A DNA stretch of 64,000 nt, taken from positions 1,860,001-1,924,000 of the forward strand of contig JBHGNT010000002.1 of assembly GCA_043228905.1 (NCBI GenBank), read 5' to 3'. Position numbers and translations under genes: made by a program. The DNA is from Azolla caroliniana (Eukaryota; Plantae; Polypodiophyta). Below are positions 13,560 through 28,043 of this stretch, piece after piece (position 1 is the stretch's first letter; the number at the start of each line of letters is the position of its first letter). Below the pieces are notes generated by a model. It was not told the DNA's origin and searched no databases. It saw only the letters and a list, made by a program, of their open reading frames with translations.

Positions 13560-15250
13560 TTAAGTCTATAATTGTGCTTCAATAAATAAGCAACTTGAGT
13601 GGAAACTTGCTTCTTTGGCACTACCACCAAGACAACATTTTGCTCTTGTAACTTGTTATTGACTTAGAGAAACAATAAAAAGGTTTTTACTTGACTAATT
13701 ATACATATTCCAATCCTACGTCTCCTTAATTATACATGTTCCAATCCTACATCTCTTTAATATATCCAATTCAAAGATCACTGCCCATTGAATCGTAGTC
13801 ACATCCATAAATACAATGTACGTCATTTTATCTATAAGAGCTGACTTCATTTCAGTTGGATTATATGCCTTGTCATGCAAGCAAATCAACTATAATGTGA
13901 TTAAGCCGTATTGTACACAAAACCGTCCATTGAGTCCTATCAATGAATTTTTATTTCGATAGCCATGTTCTTTTCAATGGGGGCATATAATTTGTCTCAG
14001 TCAATTCTTTTGTTGAGCAAGTGGAAAGTGAATTTCTTAATTGGGAATCAACTGTTTTCCGTAAGATTTTGAAAGCATGTTGCACTTATCTGGTACCCAT
14101 GGATGGCCCATTTAAAGATTCAAAGTCAACCTTTTAACAACAATATACATAAACACTTTATACTTAATAAGTCAACATTTGAAATGTAGTACCAAAATCA
14201 TGTATGGTCCCGAGTCAATCTTCATATTAACTAACTCGTCTAGGTTACATGATATAAACCATCATACTTAACAATTGACATTTGAAATACAATGGTAAGG
14301 CATATCACGACTTTCAAGCAAATCTTCATGTCATTTGAACTTATTAGAATTACACGTACACTTGCTATATTAATACTAACCACAATATGAATTATCATAG
14401 AAATATGGTTAATCATTTTAATTATGGTGCACACCACTACCCGCATCATTACACATTTCTTTCCTTTCGTTTGATTAGGTTATCTTGTAATTGACTTGAA
14501 ATAATTAAATACTTATTAATAAGTCCACGATTAAATTTGCACTTCCCTAATTACATTGCTCCTAATGATTGACATATTTCTATTTCTATAAGAAACACTA
14601 TATTAACTTTGTTTTCTTTAACAATAATAAAAAATCAATTAATCCAAAGCTTATTTTTTACAATTGACTCAACAAAGAAAGAAACTAACATTGCCCCTAA
14701 TTTTTGTTATTTCCCCAAATACCCTTAGTTTAGTAAATTGTGCACATTAGATTTGGTAAAACCTACAAAACACTTCGCAAGCCCTACCTTTAGTTAATCA
14801 TCAAAACAGAACAAAAGGGTATCGTAGAGCAAATCATTGTTAAAATGTTGGAGACGTGGATAACTAAGGGCATTTGTGGAAATAACAAAAAACTTAGGGA
14901 CAATGTGAGTTTTTTCTTCATTGAGTTGATCGTCAAAAATAAGTTTTGAAATTTGGATGCATTGAGTTTTTTGTCACTATTCAAAAAAAGAAATTGATTT
15001 GAACCCCGCAAACACTAAGTTGTGAAACATTTATTTTTTCTAATAATTAAACTAAAGGGATGAATACAGTTTGCCTCAATTATGGTTGTGTCATGGATGT
15101 GGGATCTCTCATGCATGCACCATGGTTTTGAAAGCTTGCAAACTTGGGATAAACTCACATCTTGAATTAAGAATTTCACCTTGCCACTTGCGCAACATAT
15201 GAATCCACCCGACCAACGGAAGTTTCTTTCATTACAAAAAAGCATTTCAT
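13560..15250 (-). mobile_element. Decayed DNA-transposon coding remnant: Helitron-like N-terminal Cys motif followed by Ulp1-like peptidase motifs
   Basis: ICCASGKVKF...IRKNKCFT resembles Helitron CCxxGKV...NIRxYN. Downstream, across frameshifts: DFESLNGPSWVPD, VFVYNTA*SHYSLICL, IVFMD, VPKKQ. Confidence 0.35.
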
Positions 15251-16559
15251 AATTTTAATTAGCAAAAGGATACCATCACGTTACTAGATTTTACATTTTA
15301 GAATTTCAAAAAGGTAGCGTACCTACCGAATCTGTAATTTTTGAGGATGTCCAAAGTCACCACCTACATGATGTATAATGGGAATGCTTCCAATTATTCA
15401 ATTATTTCTATGACTTCTCTTTTGGCACTTTATTGTTTGTCAATTATTGTGCATAAAAGTGTGCTAAGATTGAATCCAATGAGAGACTTTGATATCTATT
15501 TCAAAAGTCATGTTGCTTTATTCCTAGCCTTACAAAATGTTATGACGTTCTTCCTAAAAGTAATTGTCAAATTGGCACTCTATTGGAGTTTCCATCACAA
15601 AGGGAAGAGATTTCATGTATGTGTTGTAGAGGCCGTGAACTTTTCGTAGAGGTGAATTTCAAGGGTACTTGGGAAACCATGAATCACGATTACTAAAATT
15701 GAACTTAAAGATTTCATAAGAGAAAGGTTCGTGTAAAGAATTGGAACTCTAAAATGGGTATGAAATGTGACTAAACATTATTGTATTACATGGAATGGTA
15801 TAAGTGCCACATTTATATAGTGATTCTATAAAAACTTCGCCATGAACCTCATACAACACAAGATATGCAAACATAACTCTTCATACGAAGAGTTGTCTCT
15901 TTGTAAAATGTCCTTGTCTATTTTAGGTAAATTAAGAGTCACATATTTTCTTATTTAATCAGTTAGACATTCACACTTAATAATGTTCAAAAGCTATCTC
16001 ATATGATGATAATTGTGGGTTAACTCGATGACTCCATGTGCCTTTTTCTTCGTCTCTTCAAATTAAGGTCATATCCTACATACATACATATGTACATACG
16101 TACGTACATACATACATAATACACGTTTGTGTGCTTATGTATGTTGGTGAGACCTATTGCTTTCAATTTATTCTAACGAATAAGTCTACCACTAAGGTAA
16201 GATTTGGAAAGGTGGGACACCATCTTTAAAAGTCCTATTGAACACATCCTACCTTGATCTACTCGTTCTCCATAGCACATATACTTTATGTTTCCAAATT
16301 TAATTTTTTTTCATGAAATTGCCCCTCAACCATTATGTACATCCTTAACTTATATTATATAGAAGGGTATGAAATATTTTATTGATAAAATATGTTTAGT
16401 TTGAACATATATTGTGATATACATAAGACGGAAGTGGGACATCTTCTCCCTTTTTGGTGGCTAGACGCGCCACTTATATAGAGTCCCAAATGGGCTACAT
16501 GCATGGCGCCTCACATGGGAGTGGTTGAGACTGAACTTGGCCGGCCCCACTCCACAATA

Positions 16560-17150
16560 TGGATGTTGTGATCAACGCCTGATTTAGAATCTTGTTAATC
16601 ATTAGGCTATTTGACTATATTGTTTGAATGTTATGATCAATATAAAGTTTTTTTGTTATCATTCTTGGATTATTGCTCGCGATTGTATGTGTTGGATTAT
16701 TAAAATATTCTCATTGTACTTGAGTTGTGGCTCATTATTATACTTGGATCATCATATGCTATTATTTCAAATTCAAAGTCTATAAGGTTTCTTGCTCTAC
16801 AATCTTTACTCTTTAATTGTAGTCGGAATATTGCATATACTATTTGAAGTCATTGGACTTCGTGATTTCTTGACCTATCATATTTCAAACCCATAAGGTT
16901 TCTTGCTCTATAATCTTTGCTCATTATTATACTTGTACAACAAGATATATTAATTTAATTTGGTTGAACTTTGTGGTTTCTTGACCAATAACTTATTGGT
17001 TTATATTATATTGACAAAGAATCTTTATAACTTAGAAACGTTCTTCTTACAACAAGAGGTTGGTTTATGTGTAGCCTAATACTAAAATCATTGTAAAATC
17101 ATATCATGTTTTCGTATTCCGATGTGATGGAAAATAGGTGTGTGATTAAT
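16560..17150 (+). mobile_element. Decayed Penelope-like RT remnant
   Basis: CWIIK(N)S at 16690, a STIFT/NLYSLI segment like DFSTLYT at ~16795, and RIPM* (two changes from GIPMG) at 17113-17127, in the correct order. Confidence 0.35.
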
Positions 17151-17756
17151 ATATTCCTCTCAATCTTGTACACTAGAATCCTAAAAATGCACCTATCCTA
17201 AACCTAATGATGCTTAAATAAGTTGTAACTAAAGAAAGTATCATGAGATCTCTAAATAATGTCATCCAAACTACTTGTGTTCATTCTATTACCATTAAAT
17301 CACCTAGAAATAATTTAGAATGGACATGATGAAAAAACCATTGTAAGACTCATGGAGATATAGTAATATCAAATGGAATGGGGGTTGACGAGGCAATAGA
17401 AAAGGGAGGCAAGTGCAATTGAATCACTTGCTTACCGACCACTTAATCGAGTCACCTCCTCATTTGTGTGTGAATTAAGGAGTGACTCAATCGAGTCAGA
17501 AGTGTTTGGACTGAGTAAGGAGTTAATTAAGTACGAGTGACTTAATCAAGTCAAACTTGACTCACTTGAGCTAGTTACATAGTACATACACTCACCTTGA
17601 GACAAATCGTACTTCATAAACCTTAGTATGGAATATGACTTCCATCGCTTGTAAATATTGGTCCCGTTTCCTCCTCCCCAAGAGCACACCAACAAGAAAT
17701 ATGGTAACCCAACCTATAACATCTACGCTAAACCTATCAAACTCCAAGACACAAAT

Positions 17757-18080
17757 GTTAGTAAGGTGCACAAAAATAGAAAAGGCTTGACTCGTGTCAT
17801 GAGTCCAAGGTTGGTCCCCACATGACCTCATCTAAATGTAAAAATCCTTAGTAGGTGATTGTGAGGACCATGATTTAGAGCTTAGAGCAATTGAATGAAA
17901 ATTATGTTAGTGTTCTAATGGTAGTAATGTGCACAAAAATAGGCAAGACTCGACTCATTGTCATGAGTCCAAGGTTGGTCCCTACACGACCTCTTCTAAA
18001 TGTAAAAATCCTCGAAGGTGATTGTGAGGACCTTGATTTAGAGCTTAGAGCAATTGAATGAGAAATGTGTCAGTGTCCTA
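17757..18080. repeat. Two-copy ~165 bp tandem duplication immediately upstream of the LINE
   Basis: gtgcacaaaaatag...tgtcatgagtccaaggttggtccc...gatttagagcttagagcaattgaatga occurs twice. Confidence 0.9.
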
Positions 18081-21000
18081 GAAATCACTAGAGAAGGTGC
18101 ACTAGCCGAAAAAAGAGTAGGAGGGCAAAACATGAATGATGGATAGGTTAAATCTTATTTCATGGAATGTACGGGGCTTAGGAGGTAGACATTGTTGTAA
18201 GGTAAGGAGTGTTTTCCGTTGTCAGCTAAGAAAATCTTTGATCGGTAGGATTGATGTTTTGCTTATTCAAGAGCATCATTTAAATGAACAAAGAATTCAA
18301 AAATATGGAAAATTGTTGCCAGGCCAGTGGAAACAATTCTGGGTGCTTGCGACTGGGGATAATAGTTTGAAAGCAGGTCTTTTTATAGCAATAAGCGATA
18401 TTTGGTGGTTTGCTTTCACGCATTATGGAATTTTGGATTGTGGTAGAGGAAAATATATAATTCTTCCAATCGGTTCAAAGAAGTGGGGTTTGTTGAATAT
18501 TTATGTACCGAATCATGCAAGAGATAGGATGGCATTATGGAAGAGCATAATGCCACAATTACCAGCTGTTGAACATTGGGCAATTGCGGGTGACTTTAAT
18601 ATGTTAGAGGATGCGTGTGATAGATTAGGAGGCACATTTCAACCATTATTTGGTTTAGAATTATATGAATGGGAACGATTGATCTTTTCTTTAGGTTTAA
18701 TGGACTTGTGGCATGTGTCTTCCTTTGAACGCATGCAAGATTCCTTAGCTTATTCACGTTCGGATAGAAAACAATCAAATACCAATTTGTCTAGGTTACC
18801 AATTGGAATTTTACCTTCATTTTCCTTTTCTGATCATGCACCACTTCGGTTAGTTATAGTCTTGCAGGAGCAACATAGAAATTCTAGGTTTAAAATTCCG
18901 AATCATGTGTTTCTTAGACAAGATTGTGCTCCTAGTGTGCATAATATTTGGAACAAATACGACTATTCATATGATTATGCATTATCTAGTGTTCAAAACG
19001 CTATTAGCGAAACACAACAATTTTTCCATTGTAAAGCTAAACAAGTATTTTATGAGTCTTGTACTAAAATAGGAAGACTTCATAGGGGGTTGAAATCTTT
19101 GCAACATCTACAAGAGAGAAGACCATATTCGAGGTATATAAATTCTCGTGTGATACAAGTAGGGAACCAGATATTGGAATTACAAAAGATTTCAGCGGAT
19201 TTTAATTATCATAATATATCGTCTTCATGGGCAAAATCTGGAGATAAAGTAAATAAACTGTTTTTTGCAGTCCATAATCATCATAAGACATTTGTTAGGA
19301 TTTCGAGGTTAAAATGTCAGGACGGTTCTTATACCACGGATTCTAGTCAGATGAGGCAAATAGCCTCAGATTATTATGAGACTTTGTTGAAAGCTAGGTC
19401 ATTTTCGGAGAATGATTTGATTAAAAGGACATCATATGGTCAAAGATTCAGAATAGGGTATCTGTAAAACTGATAGATTGTCTTTTACAATCATTAAATT
19501 CTCTTGAGGTTTTTAAGGCTACTAAAGCCCTGGCTAAAGATGTTTGTCCTAGCTTGGATGGGTTGGGAGTCCAGTGGTATATCCAATATTGGGATTTGAT
19601 AGGTGATGGATTGACCAAAGCCTACCAAAAGATATTAGAGTCGGGAAATATGCCACAAGAATGGAAGGAGGGTTTAATTTATATGATACCTAAATCAAGT
19701 GGACAATTAGAAGAACTTCAACATTGGAGACCAATTACCTTGTTGAATGTTATTTATAAAATATTAGCAAAAACATTAGCTAGAAGGCGACAACCTTATC
19801 TGTCGGAGCTGATCCATGATTCTCAAACTGGTTTCATACAAGAGAGAAGTATTTTTTATAACATTATTCTCTTTTGGGAAATGATTGCCTTTGCGGAATT
19901 GCGTAAGCAAGACTTAGTAGTATTATTTCTTGACTTTGAAAAGGCTTCTGACAGAGTGGACTGGGATTTTATGGAGGGAACATTGGTTAGGATGGGTTTC
20001 CCAAACACATGGATAAGAGGAGTATCAACATTATATCGTGATGCGTATAACTCTCTTTTATTTGTAGGGGATGTTGGTAGGAGATTCCCGATCTCAAGAT
20101 CAGTAAGACAAGGATGTCCACTTGCTCCTTTCCTGTTTTTATTAGTATCTGAAGCATTTTTTGTACATCTTAATTCTCAAGATGTAAATATCAAAGGGTT
20201 AGCATTACCAATGTCGTATGCTGCTGTGGATAGTGAGTTTGCTGATGACACAACTTTATATGTTTAGGCTTCACGATTAAATTTAGCATAGGTGCAAAAG
20301 GGTGTGGATGTTTTTTCAGATGCAATGGGTGCATTGATAAATTGGAATAAGTCATCAGGCTTTTGGGTTGCTCCGGGAGAGCCGCCAGTTAATGTGCCTT
20401 CCTCAGGATTCACATGGATACCTAAAGGTCAATCCATTAGGTATTTAGGCTGTAGAGTGGGCTTGGAATTAAAGGCAGAGGATATGGTTGCACCCTTGTT
20501 ATTAAGATTAAGGAATAAGTTAATTTACTGGAATAAGGAAAAGTTATCTTTAGTAGGTCGGATAGTTGTAGCTAATTCGGTCCTTTTGTCCTTGATTTGG
20601 TATATAGCATCTACATGGCTATTTTCGAGGAAAATAATGCTTAAAGTTCAACGCCTAATACATACTTTTATTTGGGGGAACAATGCGTCTAACAATTCGG
20701 TAGCAAAGGTAGCTTGGACAGTTCTTATACAACCTAAGCGGAAAGGAGGTTTAGGTTTGATTGATCCTTTTATGCAAAGTAAAGCCTTACTTTCTAAACA
20801 TGTTGTTAGGAGTTTATTGGCAGGAGAGGAGTTATGGAAAAAGCTATGGATTCGGCATTTACATAACGTTAAGCCATCAACATGTGGTCAATGGAAAGAT
20901 AGTCTTAGATGGTTTTTTAATGCATATTTTCCATTGCCGAAGTCTAATGTTGGATCCTTACGTTTTTTAATGGAATATTTTGAGCATGGGAAAGTATTCG

Positions 21001-22499
21001 CCAAGCACTCGTTTTCTTGCCTCCGAAAACTTATACTCAATTCATGCATCAACCTTTGATATGGAACCCTTTATTTACGAATGAAGCCGCATGTGTGTTG
21101 GGTCTAAGGCCTAGGTTATCTTGGGTTGCAATGGATAATGGTTCAACCCGTACAATTGCGGATTGGATAAACTTCTTGCAAACAACAGCTCAGGACCGAA
21201 AGAATAGGTTGTATAGGTTAATAGGGGCAAATATAATGGTAGATCAATTGTCCATGGTGTATCAGGTCACAATACCAACTTTGCAACTCGATCAATTTCA
21301 AAGGTGGTACAGTATGTTTTCGACACTTAATATACTTATAGGTGCTTGTTTATATCATCAAAATGGTAGTATTTACTTCTATGAAGTATTGGATAATGGT
21401 AGGTTGGTATTAGTAGATGTCGAGTCTCCAATCATGTCTGCTGTGAAGCAATTACCAGTGTGAGTAATTGCTAGATTGAATAAAAAATTGGTTATTGACC
21501 CTAGTCCCTTAATTGCTAACTATGCATCTCATATTTGGGTTGTACATGCTAGACCACTTGTGGATCTGCAGTGGAATCTTGCAGATTATGGTTGGAAATT
21601 GTCCATGCCTAATAATTCCACTAAGGTCCTACCATTCTTCACATATTCGGTGGTGTTTGGGAGAAACTTTATGTTGAGTCAGACTGAGTCAATACTTGCG
21701 GGAAAAAAGTATTGGGACGAAGGTAATGTATCATCTTCTCAGATGATGATGTTTTGGAAACACTTTTGGTCAATTAAATGTATGACCAAGATATTACACT
21801 TTCGTTGGTTGATGATTCATTATGCGTTGCCAGTAGGTGATTTGATGAGGGGATCTGTAACGGATCGGTCATGTGTTATGTGTGGTTATGCAAGTGAGTC
21901 ATTGCATCATGTATTTTGGGAATGTGTTGTCGCAAAAAAGTTTTGGTTTAGAATTCTTAGGCTACTAGGTCGTAAGTATAGGTCAAGGATTTTTACGTGG
22001 GGTGCAGTCTTATGGGGAAGGTTAGATCATCAAATGACTTTCTATCATCATCATTATTCTTCTTTGTCATTACGTGTCACAAGTTTGCAAGTAGACTATA
22101 CTTCAACCTCATTGCAAGGAATCAAGTTTTTCTCCCAGAGTCACGTCTGGCAAATTGTCTCCTCTTTGGCTTTATGGATTCTTTGGAAAGCTAGGTACTC
22201 CAAGCTATACAATGATGAAAACACTCACATCGTGGATCAGGTTAAGTCCTTTTGGAACTTATTGGTACATACAGTTAAAGGTGAATATGATAGTTATAAG
22301 GGTTCTGGACACACAACTAATAAGAAAAGAATGAGAATTCGTAAAGTTTGGTCGTCTATACCTATTATGTTGAATGAAGCCGTAGATGTCAAGTGGAACT
22401 ATGTACCGCCTCGGTGGTTATTCCCACCACCGGCACCATCTTTAGTAGAAATAACATGATATAATATAGATGACCGTTGATCTTTTTGTCAGGATAATT

Positions 22500-23400
22500 G
22501 ATGTTGGTGAAAATCAAGGACATGGCAAGCCAAAATTGGGTGCCGATTAGCGATAAGGCAAGATGGTTGTTGTGGATGATGCTTGATGGAAGGAAATCAA
22601 GGACATGGCAAACCAAAATTTGGTGCCGATTAGCGAGAAGGCGAGATGGTTGTTGTGGATGTAAGAAGCAATTTCTTCTGAGCGATAAGGATGAGTGTAG
22701 ATGGTGTGGGGGTTGAAGAAACAATTATCATGAGTTGGTGAGGGAATTTTTGTATATTAATTTGTTTGCGGTTTATATGGCAGGATGCTTGATGGAATTT
22801 GGTGTCATGGGATGGAGTGAAGAAGATTTTAGGTTTCATCTTAGGGAGTGCAACAAACAAGATAGTCTTCTAGTTGTTGTCATGTAGTTATTGTCTTTAT
22901 AGAGCTTATTAATGACGAGCGGATGAGTGAAGAGGGTGTGGGGGTTGAAGCAAATATATGAGCGGTTGAGGAAACATTTTATAATCTTTTTGTTATTATA
23001 CAAGAATTTGGCGGTAATCGGCGAGATGGTTGATGTGGACGTAAGAAGAATTTTTTGAGGGATAAGGATGAGCGAAGACAGTGTGGGGGGTGAAGCAGAA
23101 TATTATGAGTAGGTATAGGAAATTGTTGAAAACGAGTAGTGATTGCCAAGATGGATGTTGTGGAAAAGGAAGCTGTTTATTTTTTGAAAGGATGAGCGAG
23201 AATGTTGTCAAGGTCATGAGTGGATTGGGACAACTAATTTTTTTCTTGGTTGTCTATGTAGGAATTTCAAGGAAAATGGAGAGATGGCTGATGTGGAAAT
23301 ATTTGAAGCACATTTTTCGTTTATAGTTTATATAACGATGAGCGAAGATGGTGGTGGAGGCAGAAACAAAGTTTAGTGAGGGTCTGAGGAGAGTGGATTT
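22500..23400 (+). repeat. Degenerate tandem repeats in the LINE tail, weakly CDPK-like in translation
   Basis: aaatcaaggacatggcaa.ccaaaatt.ggtgccgattagcga occurs twice and gatgag.g.aga.ggtgtggggg about four times. IKDMASQNWVPISDKARWLLWMMLD and KNFLRDKDE resemble CDPK segments. Confidence 0.55.
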
Positions 23401-23422
23401 TAGTAGAGAACTAGTATTTTCA

Positions 23423-23790
<368 letters not shown>

Positions 23791-23804
23791 AGTTTTTCTG
23801 CAGG

Positions 23805-24210
23805 CATTTTGAAAGCTTGTGGGTGCATTAGATCCACAAACAAGGGCGAGGAGATACATTTCAATTCTAAGAGGAAAGAGCTTTTCTGAAAAAGCCAACT
23901 TGTTGGAAATGCACTAGTAGATATGATGTGAAATGTGGCATGAGCTAAAGGCAGTGCTTGACATGGAATACATTGTTTACAGGTTATGTGCACTAGGAGC
24001 TTGAAGAGCAGACTCTTAATGCTTTTGAGTGGATACAAAAGAAGAGAATCTCTCTCCTAATTTTGTCACATTTGCAGGGTATGGCCAGATGAGAAGAAAT
24101 GGAGTTTTAGCAAATCCGGTTGGAAATGCTTGTAGTCATACAACCATGGTAGGTAAAGGTCAAATATATTGTGAAGCCATGGTGATGAACGTTTATTTGT
24201 ATGCTGATTA
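23805..24210 (+). pseudogene. PLS-class PPR gene fragments, internally deleted
   Basis: ILKACGCIRSTNKGEEIH...LVGNALVDM, TWNTLFTGYV..EQTLNAFEWIQ..SPNFVTF, MRRNGVLANPV, NACSH..MVGKGQIYCEAM. Confidence 0.8.
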
Positions 24211-27114
24211 GCATGCGAGAATGGAAGAAGATGGAGGAACATTGGGTCTTAGCCAATGATCACATGAGATGGGAAGAAGAGTCATGTATGTGTGTCCACC
24301 GTTCTTTGTAGTCTTCTACTTTGAGTCTTTGAGTTTTTTATTGGCCTATCATGGCCACAGCTTTTACGATGTTGTCAGACTAATCATTTTCTCATGTATG
24401 AAGAATTTATACTAATGAAGAATATTGTTTTGGAAAAAAAAAATCATTACGTTGAAAACAAACTTGTAAGAAATTTGTAATGCGCTCACAAAGAAAACTA
24501 TAGAGCAAATGACATTCCTAGTCACATTCGATGCCATAGAGATACTACTCACAATAACGAGAGAGTGTAAGTCTTAGGAGTCTAGATACTAGAAGGGAAA
24601 CCTCATATCTTAGTGTTAGCATATTGGGCTCCTTGAACACACCCCCATTCAAGTTAGAAGATGAAGATACCTCATGGCGATAAACACACAAAGTTCGAAA
24701 TTGAAGTCCTTCCATTGCATCGCAACCAACTTTTTGTAGGTCCAAATTTTAGATGAAAAGGATTCCAAAGAAAAAAAACATGGGCATTTGAAAGTTAATT
24801 GACATGGTAAGAGTTAACCACCTAAAAGATAAGGTCAAGGGTTTGATCTCTACTAAGTAAGGGCAATGAATGGAAAAAGTGATCTATAACTCAAAAGTGA
24901 CGACGATGAAGTGGATGCAGAACATTTTGGTTTTCTCCAAGTGCCCTAGCTAAGATATGATGCATACATACTAAAAGAAAACGCAGTAAGACACATTAAA
25001 AGAGGCACCACTCATTTAATTCGGGAGAGGAGCTCCAAACTGCCATAAAATGAGCAAAGAGCTCGTTGTTGGAGATTGACAATTTGAAAAGGAATTTTGG
25101 GCTTTGTTGAGAGATGATCTAGAATGGGATAACAAATAAGAAGGGCACATAAGAGGCCTATCTTACGATGCGACGACTATTGTAGAAAAACAACTTGCAT
25201 CTCAATTTCAGGTTATCTGCAGTTAATGTGATCTCTTTGAAGATATTGCAATTCATGATCAAACAAGGATCACTAAAGAATTTTCGGCTTAATAATCTTA
25301 ATAGCGAGCAAAATATTACACACAATATTATCTTAATCTTGTGAGGGTTTTAGACTCCTCACATTGAGGTATTTGACATGCAAATGCCTGGAGAATTCTG
25401 TAAGGTTCACGAATAAATTTCAAGCCAACAATGGAAGTTCTTGAGAAGAAGTCACGAGCAAAAGAAAAGTTGTGAATGACGGGAGTCAAACCCACGACAC
25501 CAAGTTTCGTCATCCAACCAACTAGGCATCATTTGCACGTGCATGAAGTTGAGAGGACCTGAACACACAAATCACATGAAGGGGGGCTAAAGAAGTGGAA
25601 GAACACGCACTCATGTGAAATGTAAACACACGATTTTTTGTTTTTACTTTTTGTCTTGATTTATGTTAGTAGATCACAATTACTAAACCATAGGGTTCAA
25701 ATTTGTTAACCATTAATATTTTTTCTTGTCAATTATTCATAAGTTGTTCCTAATCATTTTCATAGCCCCTTTTTTTGTTATTAAGTCTATCTAGAACTAT
25801 AGACAACCACACAAACTCATCGTTCACTCTTCTTATGTTAAACCATTATGGTGACCTTGGTTCATAATTGCTCACTAGTTTTCGTAGTGTGGACAATTGT
25901 TTTTGTTGCGTAGTCAACTAATGCAAATGTGTAGATGATCACAACAATTAACAAGAACCATCACAACCTTTTCTCATAACCACACATTTGCTTTAAGTTG
26001 TAGACAAATGCAACCATAATGTGGAGTCTTTAAACAAGGCCAATCATGAGTAAAACCAACAATAATGATCAATGTGAGGTGCACATTTCACCAACAACTA
26101 TAATATTGAGGGTTGAAAGCCTCACTAAAAACCATTAGGTGGAGCTACATCATGGGGAGCCTTTAACAACTCCCTTTATATGCACAACCAAAAAAATCCC
26201 ACAACATGGATCTCATAAAATAAAAACAACCATCATGTCAAGGGTTTAAAATTTTAACATTAACTATTGTGTAGAGCTCATTCGCAACTATCATGTTGAC
26301 TTGGGAAAACTCAAACTTAAACTATCATGTAAAGGTCACCTTCAACCATTGCATTAAGGGAATCTCAATATTACGAACACCAAACATAGGTAAGGGTATG
26401 GCTATTGATATTAGAAAGGGACTAATATGATTGGATAAAGGGAATTATAGTTGCATGCACTATCATGATCTTGATAACCAATGGATGGGAGTCTTTTAAA
26501 AAGGTACACCTATTCAAGGGGCTTGAGAAGATGTACAAATATGAGGCCTAGCTACCCTCATATACAAGTACATCAAAAGGCTGAAGTCGTGAGCCACCAA
26601 TGGTATGGGCTAGGCTTATGGCATGCCAATCTTGTGACCTCCTCAAAGGTATCAGTCATTCTACCATCCATCACTATGGGACATCTGCGATATGTTGGTT
26701 ATGTCTCTAATCATGCCGACTCCCTCTCCTTTCTTCTACCTGTCTTCGATTTGGGTGCGCTCAAATCGAGCGTGGTGTTCCTCTTCGCCTACCTCTACCT
26801 GCCGATGATCGACCATTCCGCACTCCTTGTTCCAACTGTAAGGTCCATAACCCTACAATAGCTATTTCTTCTATGGAGGCCCATGTATCGGGGATAGGCA
26901 CCCACATCGAGCGAGCATCGTCGTCGACCACCGAGCCCTCGATCGTGATGAGTGCCCCTCCCTGTCATCCCTCGCATACAACCCTCTTTTGTAACACACG
27001 AGACTACATATTGTAGCCGTGAAATCTTTACTTAAGCTTTAATATTTTGTTTTTCGATAGGACATGCTCAGGACTACTTTTTTTAGTAGCTAGCATTTTT
27101 GTACTTTTCAAAAC

Positions 27115-27980
27115 TCTACCTCTACTCCCCCCCCCCCCCATTTTCCTAAACTACCCTCCCCCTCATTTCCCCCTAATTACCACCGTACCCCTCTCTCTAC
27201 TTTTCAAAATTAGTACCCTACCCTTCCCCTCACTTTTCCCTAATGACTACCCTACCATTCCCTTGACTTTTCAAAATTACCACCGTACCCCTCTCTCTAC
27301 TTTTCAAAATTACTAGCCTACCCTTCCCCTCACTTTTCCCTAATCACCACCCTACCCTTCCCTCGACTTTTCAAAATTACCACCGTACCCCTCTCTACTT
27401 TTCAAAATTACTACCTTACCCTTCCCCTCACTTTTCCCTAATCACCACCCTACCCTTCCCTCGACTTTTCAAAATTACCACCCTACCCTTCCCCTAAAAT
27501 TTCCCTAATTTCCACCTTACCCCTCCCATTACCCTTTAGTTTAATACCCTCCTACCCACCCTACCCCTACCCTCACTTTTGAAAATACCCTCCCCTACTT
27601 TTTATATTTTCACCTTTAGCCCTCCCCTCATCTAAACCCATACTTTATCCCTATCCCTACCCCTCATCTCTCTTAAAACTCTACCTTCCCCTTCTCTCTT
27701 CCTTTTTAACCCATACCTTCCCCTCTCTCTTACTTTTTAACCCCACACGTGTGCCCACATCACCATTCCCTTTTCCCTAGCTTATAACAACTTTACCCCT
27801 CCTTCACATGCACATCCCTTCCCCCTCTCTCTCACTTCTCCCTACACTCTTTCCCATACCCTCTCACTCCTTCCCTCTTACCATTCCCTTTTCCCTATCC
27901 TTAAAAAACCTTAAAACCTACATCCCACTATCTTTTTCTCCCTTAAATGTGCACATATGCACATAGCACACCCCTGCCCC
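27115..27980. repeat. C-rich tandem array (three ~100-bp units built from ~33-bp subunits, decaying rightwards); G-run-rich on the minus strand
   Basis: ccctctct(ct)acttttcaaaatta.taccctacccttcccctcacttttccctaat repeats at ~27188, 27290 and 27388. Confidence 0.9.
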
Positions 27981-28005
27981 CCACTCCCAACTTTGATCCC
28001 ACACC

Positions 28006-28043
28006 CTCACTGATGAGCCCGTGATGGCCGAAACTAGTTTGCC
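28006..28043 (+). ncRNA. Minimal type-I hammerhead ribozyme motif (Penelope-like-element style)
   Basis: ca CTGATGA GCCC GTGAT GGCC GAAA CTAG TT tg. Core CUGAUGA and GAAA are intact; helix II has one C:C mismatch; helix III is the palindrome ACUAGU; cleavage triplet GUU; helix I is only 2 bp. Confidence 0.55.

Noticed and set aside
17203-17235. ctaatgatgcttaaataagttgtaac as a third hammerhead
   Set aside because: Both core boxes are mutated and there is no helix I or III.
24790-24860. Possible tRNA-derived SINE head (ggtcaagggtttgatctc)
   Set aside because: Boxes are degenerate, and no tail or TSD was found.
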